From positions 62,001 through 126,000 of the IMG/VR virus record IMGVR_UViG_3300009011_000002: a stretch of 64,000 nt of DNA; one strand, given 5' to 3'. Both the position numbers and the translations under genes were made by a program. Positions 47,203 through 57,051 of this stretch are shown one piece after another. The notes under the pieces were generated by a model. That model saw only the letters and a program-made list of their open reading frames with translations, was not told the DNA's origin and searched no databases. Positions within the stretch are counted from its first letter, which is position 1, and each line of letters starts with the position of its first letter.

Positions 47203-48711
47203 TTACTTCCGACCTTGATCTGCCAAACTCAGGATCTTCAGTCCAGCTGCTGCACTGGTATGGATGTAGATGAATTCTTCCGTCTCCACCAACGTGCAGT
47301 AACGAATACCCGTGTCATTCCGAGTGTCCGTTGCTACCCATACCCGCACTTCTGGATCTTCCACCGAGTTGAACGCGTTCCGCTCAGGGATATCCAAACC
47401 GACCGACAACATGATCTCTACCGGCCGCACTGCTTTCGGGTGTTCAACCTTGACCTTGAACACTGTTTTCAGTTGATTGAAGTCAGGATGAAGCTTGAGC
47501 TTCTTCACACCCTTGGCGTTCTCTTCCTTCACGTAGATCTGATCCGTGATGTCGTAGAACTTGGTGTAACCGAAGGTGTTGTTCTCGTCGCGTTTCAAGA
47601 ACGCTTCGAACGTCACGTCAATGCTCACCAAGAAGTCGCGGATACGGTACGACATCAACACTGGCTTAATCAGCTCGATCAGCACAGGTCGTCCGTTGTT
47701 CTTGGTAATTGGCGAAACGAGGTTTTGTTTCTGCGGAATGGCTGGGAAGGTATCCAACAACCGCGCCACATCTTTCCGCACAAGGTTGTTCAAGTCCCCT
47801 GCACTCAAGTACCCGTCCGGGTTCTTGATCTTCTCACAAGTGAACGAGAACAACTTGTCCAGCAACTGGATAGGTCGTTTCGAATACAACTTGGAGTAGG
47901 TGACGTCAGGGGTGAGCTTCCCGTAATAGTTCTTGTCAGGCTCTACCTTGCCGAACCCGTACACCCGATAGCCCTCGTACTCGTTAAAGAACTCTTCCTT
48001 GTTGTTCGAGTTGAAGTACCACCGGGACGCACTGACAATCTTGTTAAAGTCAGATTCTGGATTCTCGTATTCCTTACGAGACATGATCGACACAGCAGGG
48101 TCGGTTTCTTTCGACCACACTGACGCCACTTCTGCCAGTTCGAGTTGGTCGTGGGCTTTCCGGTTACCCAGTCCACCCTCAGCCGAGCCGTGCAGGTCCA
48201 CGATAACCTTTTTGTCCAAGGACGCCATGGTTTCGAGGTGGCCAATGCATTCCAGGATCAATTGAAGTTCGGACGTACTGGGGATGTGTGTGCCCAGCTT
48301 GAAACCTTCCTTCTCTGCCGTGGAGCGTTTCAGTTTCAGCAGAGCATCCAACTCCTTATGCGGAGTGATTATGCACAGGTTCTTATAGACGGACCCGTGG
48401 ACCACGAACGGACGAATGGCTTCTCGGAAACCCTTCAATACCGCCTCGAGGTGACTGGCTGCATTAGGCACAACCATGGACACAATGTCTTGTACCACGA
48501 CCACTGTGTTCGCTCGTTGTTTGTTGCCTGTGTAGTAACCGTTGGAAGTGGCAACGTCTTTTGCCAGCTTCTTTTTGCCTTCCTCGTTAAGGTCGTAGGT
48601 GTACCCATGACCCCCGAGGTAATGAAGTTTCTTGGGCTTACCCCCAGTGACTTCCAAGACATTTGCAATCAGGTAAACAACCATGTTTACCGTCGGAGTA
48701 ATTTCTTCCAT
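47203..48711 (-). CDS. RNase H-fold protein (phiKZ gp155 position), catalytic residues apparently lost
   Basis: ASHLEAVLKGF, IITPHKEL and DLHGSAEGGLGNRKAHDQLELA resemble RNase HI motifs. Synteny fits. Confidence 0.55.
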   Translation of the reverse strand: MEEITPTVNMVVYLIANVLEVTGGKPKKLHYLGGHGYTYDLNEEGKKKLAKDVATSNGYYTGNKQRANTVVVVQDIVSMVVPNAASHLEAVLKGFREAIRPFVVHGSVYKNLCIITPHKELDALLKLKRSTAEKEGFKLGTHIPSTSELQLILECIGHLETMASLDKKVIVDLHGSAEGGLGNRKAHDQLELAEVASVWSKETDPAVSIMSRKEYENPESDFNKIVSASRWYFNSNNKEEFFNEYEGYRVYGFGKVEPDKNYYGKLTPDVTYSKLYSKRPIQLLDKLFSFTCEKIKNPDGYLSAGDLNNLVRKDVARLLDTFPAIPQKQNLVSPITKNNGRPVLIELIKPVLMSYRIRDFLVSIDVTFEAFLKRDENNTFGYTKFYDITDQIYVKEENAKGVKKLKLHPDFNQLKTVFKVKVEHPKAVRPVEIMLSVGLDIPERNAFNSVEDPEVRVWVATDTRNDTGIRYCTLVETEEFIYIHTSAAAGLKILSLADQGRK

Positions 48712-48815
48712 CTGTGCGGCCTCTAAGAGGTGAAGTCTACGTTAAGATTGCACTGGGGTAAAACTTCACTTCTTCAAATTTTATACACTAAGACTAACCC
48801 TACAGCGGTGTAGCC

Positions 48816-49757
48816 ATGATTGAATTATTAGGAGTTGGCCGGGTGCAAAAACGGCCAAAAGGGTTTGTTGTAAAAGAACCTGTCGCGATACCAACCGGCG
48901 TTAACGGCGCCATGGCGTGTGTCCACAACGACGACCTCTTTTTAGCAGGAGGCGCTAATGGAACCGTCACACTCACGTCTTTCAGGAAGTTTAACCTGCT
49001 GACCCGAAAGTGGACAGACTTGGCATTGCTTCCAAGAGGATTAGAAGGAGGCGTGCTTTCGGTTGTTGGTGGTAACATCTACCTGTTTGGCGGTGGTGTT
49101 ATGGTCAACGGGGCTATCTCTACTTATAACGCAAACCTCTACAAATACGACATCGAAAATAACGTGTGGTCTACGTTATCGGCGAGTCCTCTCGGTGGAC
49201 GTCGGTTGTTCACGGGTGAAGCCATCGGTAGAGTCCTGTATTACTTTGGTGGGTGGAACGGGGCAGAGATCAGCCGCGTTGAATCTTTCAACCTTGACAC
49301 GGGTGCTTGGACCACACTCCCGAACCTACCCGGTATCCGGCATGGCAACTACTGTGCAACCGATGGATCAAAGATTTACATCTTTGGTGGTCTAACAGAC
49401 GGAGGGGGGACAAGCAATAACGACGTTCTTGTATTTGACCCTTCCGTGAGCACGTCTGTCACTACACTGGTGACTACGCTTGCGAAACCACCTGTACGCA
49501 GCTATTCAATGCTCTACGTGGAGGAAAATAACCTTTACGTCTACGGCGGGTATGAAAACGGCAACGGCACTGCCGTCCGCAATGATTTCTGGGTATTGAA
49601 TCTGGCCACTAAGGAGTGGAAACAGATACCCCTCAGCGGGACACCGATCGACGGTCGAGGAAGTTCTGCCTACACTTACTGGAAAGGGGAGCTCCACGTC
49701 ATTGGGGGGTATAACCCAACCCGAGGGCGAATCACAGACCATATCTACATCATGTAA
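48816..49757 (+). CDS. Kelch-repeat (six-bladed beta-propeller) protein
   Basis: Six repeats of hydrophobic-x-x-GG...Y/F-D/N...W (LFLAGG, IYLFGG, LYYFGG, IYIFGG, LYVYGG, LHVIGG). Confidence 0.88.
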   Translation: MIELLGVGRVQKRPKGFVVKEPVAIPTGVNGAMACVHNDDLFLAGGANGTVTLTSFRKFNLLTRKWTDLALLPRGLEGGVLSVVGGNIYLFGGGVMVNGAISTYNANLYKYDIENNVWSTLSASPLGGRRLFTGEAIGRVLYYFGGWNGAEISRVESFNLDTGAWTTLPNLPGIRHGNYCATDGSKIYIFGGLTDGGGTSNNDVLVFDPSVSTSVTTLVTTLAKPPVRSYSMLYVEENNLYVYGGYENGNGTAVRNDFWVLNLATKEWKQIPLSGTPIDGRGSSAYTYWKGELHVIGGYNPTRGRITDHIYIM

Positions 49758-49813
49758 TAACTATTCCCCCACACCCATCCAAAAGGAAGGGTGCGGGGTA
49801 TATAGTTTGATGC

Positions 49814-50278
49814 TTACCGCCGGGGATCTCTAGGCGGTGCGTATTTGTTTAGCAAGGCTCTGTTGTTTTCGCGCAGTAGATCATTTTCCTCGAGGATTTT
49901 TATTAGGTGCAGTCTAAGCCAATGGTTCTCCTCGGTCAACTTAGCATTAGACTTCAACAACAGAATGTTTTCTTGCTTAACTTCATTGTTCTGGGTCGAC
50001 AGCATATCGTTGATCCGGAGGAACCCATTGATGGGGCCCCCACCCTCCGTATCGAACAACATTTTGACTTTAGCCACGCCAACTTCCATGTCAGAGATCT
50101 CAATGCTCTTGTTCAGGTTCGACACAGCCAGTGCGGCCACGGCGCAACCCAAGACAGAGATCAGAAATATACATGACTTCAGTGCTGAAGTTAATTGCTC
50201 TTCTACGGTCTCCCCTTTTACCATTGCCAAGACAAATTCTATGAATCTGTCGGCCAGCTCTTTTATGAGCGCTAACAT
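49814..50278 (-). CDS. Membrane protein with one TM helix and a C-terminal coiled coil
   Basis: CIFLISVLGCAVAALAV hydrophobic segment, heptad-rich tail, RBS AAGGA. Confidence 0.7.
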   Translation of the reverse strand: MLALIKELADRFIEFVLAMVKGETVEEQLTSALKSCIFLISVLGCAVAALAVSNLNKSIEISDMEVGVAKVKMLFDTEGGGPINGFLRINDMLSTQNNEVKQENILLLKSNAKLTEENHWLRLHLIKILEENDLLRENNRALLNKYAPPRDPRR

Positions 50279-50310
50279 GGGAAATTTCCTTACTTCAGAG
50301 GTGAAGATTT

Positions 50311-51651
50311 ATGAGTGTTGTCTACTTATCGTTTGGCAGCATAGCACAACTCCACAATAACAGTCTACTCAAGACTTCGCCCATTGGCGAGCTGTCGAAC
50401 AAAGCCCGCACTTATGCAAAAGACCCGGGGGTCTTCTCGATTACATCGAGTGCCAGTGCAACAATTCTCTTCAACTTCTTGAGCCAAAAAGATAACGTCG
50501 ACATTGTACTTCCACAAGCCCTAGCGGAAGTTCAGATCGGCATCGTCAACTGGCTTTATGCACAAGCGGTCCTGGGTAACATTACTGGGAACCGCCCCAA
50601 TACGTTGGCACTGCTGAAAGCACAGTTCACCAACAACGTCGAGATTACTGATATCGGCGAGATGGTTACCAACAACACCATTTGGTTGCCGAGTTTCGTT
50701 AAGGGTACCCACACGGTCTCTGGTGCGAAGCAAGACTTCTACGTGTGGTTGGCGGATGCCTACTTCCGGGATCAATATCCGAAAGTACTGTTCACAGTGG
50801 TTCACCCGGTTCCGATTGCGGACATTGACGTCCTGGTTAACCTCAATTACCAGGACCTCGCCACGCGGTTGGCCAAAGAAACACCCGACGTCATTGAAGC
50901 GCGCACGAAGTCGCTGACCAATGGCTCGGAATGGCCGTACACCGAACGGAACGTTATCGGGTTTGATGTCATGGACCTGATCAACACCGGCAAGTCCAAC
51001 AAGGGCTACTGGCGTTATCTGGAATGGGGTAACGGGGACGATGCGGAAGATCAGCTCTTCGACCAGATTCAAGCCGAGATCCTGGCCAAGTCGAAATACC
51101 CCCGCCCTAAGTGGGAAGAAGTAATCCCCGATCTGTTCAACCCGATCGAGTTCTACGTCATTCCGAACTACAACCGTTATGGTCTGACCAACAAGACCAA
51201 CGGTGCAAAATCGCAGTCCCCGATCGTCGATCGAGAAACCATGATGGCCCTCGTCGACAAGTACCTGACACCGAATATGACTTCGGCCCACGTCATAGGA
51301 TCGATGCAGGTTGTTCCATTCCTGTACAAATCCTTCGCAGCGGCTTTCGTAGCCAAGGCAAACAACCGTGCTGAAATGAAGAAGGTGTACAACCTCTTCC
51401 CGGATTATTCCCTGATTCCATCGGGTGATCCAGAAGCCGGTCAAATGAACGCGGGCACCCTCGAGTTCATCATGGGGATGGAGAACCTGTTGGCAGCGGC
51501 TGAAGTGGTCACTCCAATCAGCCTGCCTCCGTCGGGTGTGACTCGTATCGAACGCTTCGGTAAGGTGTACGTTGCCAAGCGTATCGGTAAGGCGAAGTTC
51601 ATCGTGATGACCCGCTGGCAGATGGTCGAAGACAAAGTACTGGTGGATTGA
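50311..51651 (+). CDS. Virion structural protein, phiKZ gp157-like (446 aa)
   Basis: Long ORF. Assignment is by synteny. Confidence 0.6.
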   Translation: MSVVYLSFGSIAQLHNNSLLKTSPIGELSNKARTYAKDPGVFSITSSASATILFNFLSQKDNVDIVLPQALAEVQIGIVNWLYAQAVLGNITGNRPNTLALLKAQFTNNVEITDIGEMVTNNTIWLPSFVKGTHTVSGAKQDFYVWLADAYFRDQYPKVLFTVVHPVPIADIDVLVNLNYQDLATRLAKETPDVIEARTKSLTNGSEWPYTERNVIGFDVMDLINTGKSNKGYWRYLEWGNGDDAEDQLFDQIQAEILAKSKYPRPKWEEVIPDLFNPIEFYVIPNYNRYGLTNKTNGAKSQSPIVDRETMMALVDKYLTPNMTSAHVIGSMQVVPFLYKSFAAAFVAKANNRAEMKKVYNLFPDYSLIPSGDPEAGQMNAGTLEFIMGMENLLAAAEVVTPISLPPSGVTRIERFGKVYVAKRIGKAKFIVMTRWQMVEDKVLVD

Positions 51652-51652
51652 T

Positions 51653-52285
51653 ATGGCCGATACCAACATGATCCCCTCGATGAATGCGGCTGGTCGCTTT
51701 GAAGCGATTGCTCCGTTCGATCAGGTAGTGGATCCCGCGAAGTACTATGTGGTGGAGGGCTTGGAAACCATCGGCAAGATGGAGTCCCTGCACGTTAACC
51801 TCTACGACTTGATGTTTGCACCTATCGGTGTCCCGCAGGATCAGTACGGTACGGTACTCAGCCGTGCGCGTTCTCTGGGGGCCGTGGTGGTAACACTGAT
51901 GGACCGCAACCGGGTACCGACGTATGTGTTCAGTACGTACTTCAAATCCTTCCCGGTAACGGACGGTGTGTTGTATGAGAACATGGTACTGACCGCATCC
52001 CTGGGTCCTTGCCATCCTGATATGGCCACCGAACTCACCGACACCATGGAACACGTCAAGCAAACGATCCTGAACCGTCATGGGATCGATGCGACAGTTA
52101 GACTGGGTACGGTACCGCAAGTTGCTTACACCAGCCGCCTGCAACATGAAGCCTTTGAGAACACCCGTAAAGCCAAGATCACTGATAACCAAAGTGACGT
52201 GGCGCGTGTGTACGAGATGGAACAGTTGTTGCTGTCCAAGGATGCCTACATCGCTCAACTGGAAGCCAACCAGGTAAAACCATAA
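51653..52285 (+). CDS. Conserved protein, phiKZ gp158-like (210 aa)
   Basis: Coupled to the upstream gene. Assignment is by synteny. Confidence 0.6.
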   Translation: MADTNMIPSMNAAGRFEAIAPFDQVVDPAKYYVVEGLETIGKMESLHVNLYDLMFAPIGVPQDQYGTVLSRARSLGAVVVTLMDRNRVPTYVFSTYFKSFPVTDGVLYENMVLTASLGPCHPDMATELTDTMEHVKQTILNRHGIDATVRLGTVPQVAYTSRLQHEAFENTRKAKITDNQSDVARVYEMEQLLLSKDAYIAQLEANQVKP

Positions 52286-52295
52286 AGCAGCCATA

Positions 52296-52333
52296 AGCCC
52301 CTACCCCGCCCTTATTGGGTTGGGGTAGGGGTT
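52296..52333. repeat. Imperfect palindrome at a convergent junction
   Basis: AGCCCCTACCCCGCCC-TTATT-GGGTTGGGGTAGGGGTT. Confidence 0.7.
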
Positions 52334-52345
52334 ACGGTTGATTGC

Positions 52346-53743
52346 TTAGGCTTGACGGATCGAACCCATCGGGATGCCGTCATTGCCGTCTACCACTTCG
52401 CGGTGGTTGTACGGACGGATGTACGGCGATTGGATGCCCAACAGGAACGCATACAGCGCGTCGATGAAGCTTTGGGTGTAACGCTTGTACAGCTTGGTCT
52501 GGAAGTCGAGCGCTTCTTCCTTCAGCGGTACCGGCAGACCTGGGGCTTCGTAGGAGTAAACCACCCACTCGTTCAGGTCGAGGCCGATGTTGCCACCCTT
52601 GCCGTGCAGCTCTTGCAGGATGTCGTTGGCGGTCGATTCGATCCAGTCCATGCCGAACTTGGCAGAGAAGATGTAGATCGCCTTCATGAAGTGGCTGGAA
52701 GCCAACAGACGGGTCTTCACCACTTGACGCCACAGGTCCAGGATAACCTTGTGGTTGCGCAGACGGTTCTGGTACTTGTCCATCATCCGGTTCATCTGCT
52801 TGTTCATCACCGTGAGGCGACGGACTACCAGTTTAACCGGGTCAGGGAACGTCTGCCAGTCGTCCAGATTCACCGCGTTGTCGCCCAGGATCACTTCACC
52901 CGATTCAGGGAGTTCAGGGAACACACGGTCCAGGCCGATGTTGATGGCCGAGAAGTCGTTGACGCCCTTAAAGGTGAGGTACAGGTCGTGGTCTTTCCGG
53001 GGGATCAGGTCCTTCAAGCCATCCGCCAACTTGGTCGCGTGAGCGATCTTGTCATCGAATTCCTTGTTGAACTGCTTGGCCACACGGTCGAGTTGCAGGA
53101 GGTCTTCTTGCAGGATATCGTCGTCTTCATGCTTGCCCGAGCTACCCAGCCAGTGGAGGGGCAACTCTATAGGAGACAGGAATTCGTGCAGGCCATCGCC
53201 GTACTGATAACGCCACAACAGCTGGTTACGGAAGACGTTGATGATCTCGTCGAAGCGGTGGTGAGCGGCCTGTTCCAAGAACGTTTTATAGTTCTCTTCC
53301 ATGGTCACGTAGGTGTAGGAAGCACCTTCCGCAATGTCGTAACGGACGTAGCGTACGTGACGCTCACCCTTGTAACCCTCGTACAGACTTACCATCGGTA
53401 CGATGCCTTCCATTTCAGGGTGCTTATGGAAGAAGTAGTTGAACACGCCGTCGCACAGTTCACGGAATTCCGGGGTGCGGTTGGATTCCGGGTGGGTAAA
53501 CTCGGTTGGCGAGATGATCTGAATCCGCGGGATGGTGGTCTGCCAGACTTCAGGAATAGGCACGTATTTACCAGGGCTACCCAGGGTAAGGTCTGCCGCC
53601 AACACCCGGCCGTACGTAGACTTCATTTCGTTACCCAGCACGAACTTGTCGCCGCTCAAGGCTTCAGACACAGCAGCCCGATCTTCCTCGACGCCCGCGA
53701 CCAGTTCTTCAACAGTCGGGTATTCCATTTCTTTATCAGACAT
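52346..53743 (-). CDS. Hypothetical protein, 465 aa
   Basis: Long acidic ORF with GC3-rich codons. Confidence 0.8.
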   Translation of the reverse strand: MSDKEMEYPTVEELVAGVEEDRAAVSEALSGDKFVLGNEMKSTYGRVLAADLTLGSPGKYVPIPEVWQTTIPRIQIISPTEFTHPESNRTPEFRELCDGVFNYFFHKHPEMEGIVPMVSLYEGYKGERHVRYVRYDIAEGASYTYVTMEENYKTFLEQAAHHRFDEIINVFRNQLLWRYQYGDGLHEFLSPIELPLHWLGSSGKHEDDDILQEDLLQLDRVAKQFNKEFDDKIAHATKLADGLKDLIPRKDHDLYLTFKGVNDFSAINIGLDRVFPELPESGEVILGDNAVNLDDWQTFPDPVKLVVRRLTVMNKQMNRMMDKYQNRLRNHKVILDLWRQVVKTRLLASSHFMKAIYIFSAKFGMDWIESTANDILQELHGKGGNIGLDLNEWVVYSYEAPGLPVPLKEEALDFQTKLYKRYTQSFIDALYAFLLGIQSPYIRPYNHREVVDGNDGIPMGSIRQA

Positions 53744-53772
53744 TGCTGTACTCTCTTTTTCAAGGATTCGAT

Positions 53773-56613
53773 ATGTTAACTGACTTTTTCTCGGTAGGTG
53801 TTAAACAGACTGGGAACTACGTGCACATTACCGGAGTTTCCTACAAGGCACTCGAACGCGATATCAGTAAGTTCTACAGCACCAGTCTACTCAACAAGTA
53901 CCAAATTCGTCGTGAGTCGTGGGACACCATCAAGGTCCACAACTTCTTCTTGGTGGAGCTCTATGAGATCCTCCGTGAACTGTTGCAGCTGCGTACAATG
54001 GCCAGCCGCCGTCGGGATCTGGCAGAGCTCAGACACCTGCTGGAAACCGAAACGTGGATCAAGGATACTGTTAACCCAGTAGGCACTCCTTTTGATTTCA
54101 GTAAGCTGGATCGTTTTCAAACCAAGCTCTTTCCGGAACAACGGATGTTCTTGGAACAGTACCCGTTGTTGGTTAAGAGTTTCCACCTGAAAGGTTTCCT
54201 GCTGGACGCAGTACCCGGCAGTGGTAAAGCGATGCCCCTCGACACCAAGGTTAAAGTCCCCGGTGGGTGGCGAGAGATAGGAGACCTTAAAATAGGCGAC
54301 CTAGTAATAGGACCCAAAGGGAACACCACTACGGTCACTGCCGTCTACCCGCAAGGTGAAACGGATGTGTACCGGTTCATCTTAGAAGATGGTCGTACAG
54401 TGGATTCTCACCCTCTGCATTTGTGGGAAGTAGTAGAGACTGACTTCGAGGGTACTACTGAACCTCGTACTGCGGTGACTACAACGATTGATATCGTTAA
54501 CCACTTCAGTCAGTTCAGTTATCACCTCCCCATGGTCGGTGAAATAGGAGGTATTGACCTCTCCACAACCACTGACTGCCTGGGGGTTGCCCAAACCCTT
54601 CTTCGCTCTGACGTAGATATTGGGAGCTCAGTGTTAGAACTCCCGTACAACGATCGCTTCAACATTACCAAGGCCATGCTGGAAGCATCTGGCATTCAAC
54701 TGGACGGTAAAGCGATTGCCTTCTCCAGTGATGGACACCAAGCCGCAGAGAACTTCCGAGACCTCATGTGGAGTCTGGGTGGTCGTGCGATAGTAGGTAC
54801 CTTTGAAGGTAAATCGGTTTGCTGGTTCTTCCACCGTGAAGTGGTCGCGCTAGTGAACAACCTGATCATCGGTGATCCTGCTTTGACCATCAACCTGGAA
54901 GAACACCAACGCACACTGTTGGGTATCCGGGCAGTACACAAGGTAGACCCCGAGGAAACCGTCTGTATTGCGATTGACAGCGAAGATAAGCTGTTTGTGG
55001 TAGATGACTACGTCGTCACCCATAACACGTTCACGTCGCTCGTATGGAGCCAATTGGTGAGTGATGCACCCACCGTGGTATTGGCCCCGCTGAACGTGGT
55101 AGACGAAGTGTGGGTGAAGGAGTTTGTCAAGCACTTCAAGAAGCCACCAAAGGTCTGGACAACCAAGTCCGGGGTAGCCCTTAAAGAGGGTTATGATTAC
55201 TACATCGTGCACCACGACTACTTGCAACGGGAAGGGTTCAACATCCTCTTGCGGTTCCTCGAGACCTACTGCAAGAACAACAAGGTCAAGCCTAAGCTGA
55301 TCATCGACGAGTCCCACAACTTCAACGAGATCAAAGCCAAGCAGACCCAGCGGCTTATTCAGTTGGCGGATGCAAACGTGTTCTCGGATACGTTGCCAAT
55401 GTCGGGTACGTTGTTCAAGGCCTTGGGGAGCGAGCTGTTCCCGATGCAGTGCCTGATCGACAAACACTTCGACACCATTGCCCGTCAGTTCTTCTTGGCG
55501 AGCTACGGTCGTAACCGACCTGCACTGATGACGTTGCTGTCTCACCGGATCGGTAAGGTGAAGTTTACTATTCCTGAACTGGTCGGGATGGGAGCGGCTC
55601 CTCCATTCGAGATCGTCAAGGTCCAAGTACCAGGCAGTGACAAGTACACGCTCGATGCGATCCGCTTGCAAATGCAGACGTACATCGCCGAACGGGTCAA
55701 GTTTTACAACCACCACATGCCTGCGTTTATCACGTTCTACAATGACGTGATCAGTCGTTACGAGTTCTCCATTCGTACTCACCCAAAGGAACTGGAGGAG
55801 CTGCGTCGCTACAAGACAATCGTTCGCCGCTTCCAGACCCAAGGGTACAACAACTTCACTGATGCACAGGACAGTGTGTTCTGTAAAGAGGTGGAGGTAA
55901 ACATTGAGCGAGACCTCAAAGGTAAAGAACTGGCAGATTTCCGTAACGTGAAGTCAGCAGTGAAGTACCTCGGGTTGAAACTCCGTGGGGAGGCATTGGG
56001 TAACGTACTGGGCAGGGCCCGTATCAACGCGATCAAGGATATGATCGAATATGCGGACCTTCCCAAGTACATCGACAACGTGGAGAAGAAGACGGTTATC
56101 TTTACCTCGTACGTCGAATCCCTTCAATTGACGAATGACCATTTGCGAGCGAAGGGTTACAACCCAGTCATGGTGTACGGGGCTACCAACCACGAACGGG
56201 ACATGCTGGTGGAGCAGTTCAAAACGGATCCTCGGGTAAACCCCCTGGGTGCGACCTACTCCAGCTTGAAGGAAGGCTACCCCCTCCTGATGGCCAACCA
56301 GATCATCTCGTTGGATGCACCGTATCGAGACGGGGAGATCAAGCAGGTACAAGCCCGTGTATGGCGAACCGGCCAGGACACCCAGTGTTTCTTCTGGATG
56401 CTCGATCTGGACACCGGCACAAAGCTGAACATCACCACCCGTAGCTTGGACATCTTGGCATGGAGCCGTGACCAAGTAGACACCCTTCTGGGGCGCTTGG
56501 ACACACCTGTAGCGTTCACAAACGTTACCGGGCAGGAGATGTTAGACCTGAGTGAAGAACCCTTCTCTAAACCGCTCCGATCCAGTAACAGCGTTTTGTC
56601 TCTCTTTAACTAG
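53773..56613 (+). CDS. SF2/SNF2-like helicase precursor containing an intein (about 680 aa after splicing)
   Basis: AVPGSGK|intein|TFT, IIDESHN, PMSGT, TVIFT, SLKEGY and QVQARVWRTGQ. Start at ATG 53773 with RBS AAGGA. Confidence 0.9.
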   Translation: MLTDFFSVGVKQTGNYVHITGVSYKALERDISKFYSTSLLNKYQIRRESWDTIKVHNFFLVELYEILRELLQLRTMASRRRDLAELRHLLETETWIKDTVNPVGTPFDFSKLDRFQTKLFPEQRMFLEQYPLLVKSFHLKGFLLDAVPGSGKAMPLDTKVKVPGGWREIGDLKIGDLVIGPKGNTTTVTAVYPQGETDVYRFILEDGRTVDSHPLHLWEVVETDFEGTTEPRTAVTTTIDIVNHFSQFSYHLPMVGEIGGIDLSTTTDCLGVAQTLLRSDVDIGSSVLELPYNDRFNITKAMLEASGIQLDGKAIAFSSDGHQAAENFRDLMWSLGGRAIVGTFEGKSVCWFFHREVVALVNNLIIGDPALTINLEEHQRTLLGIRAVHKVDPEETVCIAIDSEDKLFVVDDYVVTHNTFTSLVWSQLVSDAPTVVLAPLNVVDEVWVKEFVKHFKKPPKVWTTKSGVALKEGYDYYIVHHDYLQREGFNILLRFLETYCKNNKVKPKLIIDESHNFNEIKAKQTQRLIQLADANVFSDTLPMSGTLFKALGSELFPMQCLIDKHFDTIARQFFLASYGRNRPALMTLLSHRIGKVKFTIPELVGMGAAPPFEIVKVQVPGSDKYTLDAIRLQMQTYIAERVKFYNHHMPAFITFYNDVISRYEFSIRTHPKELEELRRYKTIVRRFQTQGYNNFTDAQDSVFCKEVEVNIERDLKGKELADFRNVKSAVKYLGLKLRGEALGNVLGRARINAIKDMIEYADLPKYIDNVEKKTVIFTSYVESLQLTNDHLRAKGYNPVMVYGATNHERDMLVEQFKTDPRVNPLGATYSSLKEGYPLLMANQIISLDAPYRDGEIKQVQARVWRTGQDTQCFFWMLDLDTGTKLNITTRSLDILAWSRDQVDTLLGRLDTPVAFTNVTGQEMLDLSEEPFSKPLRSSNSVLSLFN
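54229..55026 (+). mobile_element. Class 3 intein (266 aa, Ala1, W-C-T triad) with a decayed LAGLIDADG remnant
   Basis: Begins AMPLDT; block B HLW; block F TVCIAID; ends VVTHN, followed by Thr+1. Rare codons (ATA, CTA) are enriched relative to the host gene. Confidence 0.92.
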
Positions 56614-56624
56614 GACGATTCCTC

Positions 56625-57047
56625 ATGGTTGACATCGTAGAAAATGCTGAAAGCTTCCCGCCCGTGCCACTGCTCGCGATGGGTGATAAAGCACTCGGTG
56701 GGGGCGAACAAGCACCCGCTAACAAACAGGCTGTTGCACTGGCCAAACGCACCGCAAACGTCAAGAAAAACCTTGATGATTTGATCGGGGTGTCGATTCA
56801 TCTTATTGGGAAGCTCGGGGGTCAAGATGAACTCGAAGCCATCGACACTGACGGCCTTCTCAAGTGGACTGGGTACATCGTTAACGGTGTTCTCACTGTT
56901 TGGGACGGCGCAGAGTGGGTAGGTATTAACGCTTTGGTTAGTGAGGCTCCTGGCAACGCTCTCTCCTTAGGGGAGGACGGTAAGCTGTACGTTTCAAACG
57001 ACATCAATGCTGACATTGTTCAGTCCTACAACGCCGCAAAGGAATAG
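56625..57047 (+). CDS. Short fibre/appendage-like protein, 140 aa
   Basis: The N-terminus (ALGGGEQAPANKQAVALAKRT) resembles the Mu/P2-type tail-fibre attachment motif. Also VWDGAEW and GNALSLGEDGKLYV. Confidence 0.5.
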   Translation: MVDIVENAESFPPVPLLAMGDKALGGGEQAPANKQAVALAKRTANVKKNLDDLIGVSIHLIGKLGGQDELEAIDTDGLLKWTGYIVNGVLTVWDGAEWVGINALVSEAPGNALSLGEDGKLYVSNDINADIVQSYNAAKE

Positions 57048-57051
57048 TCTC

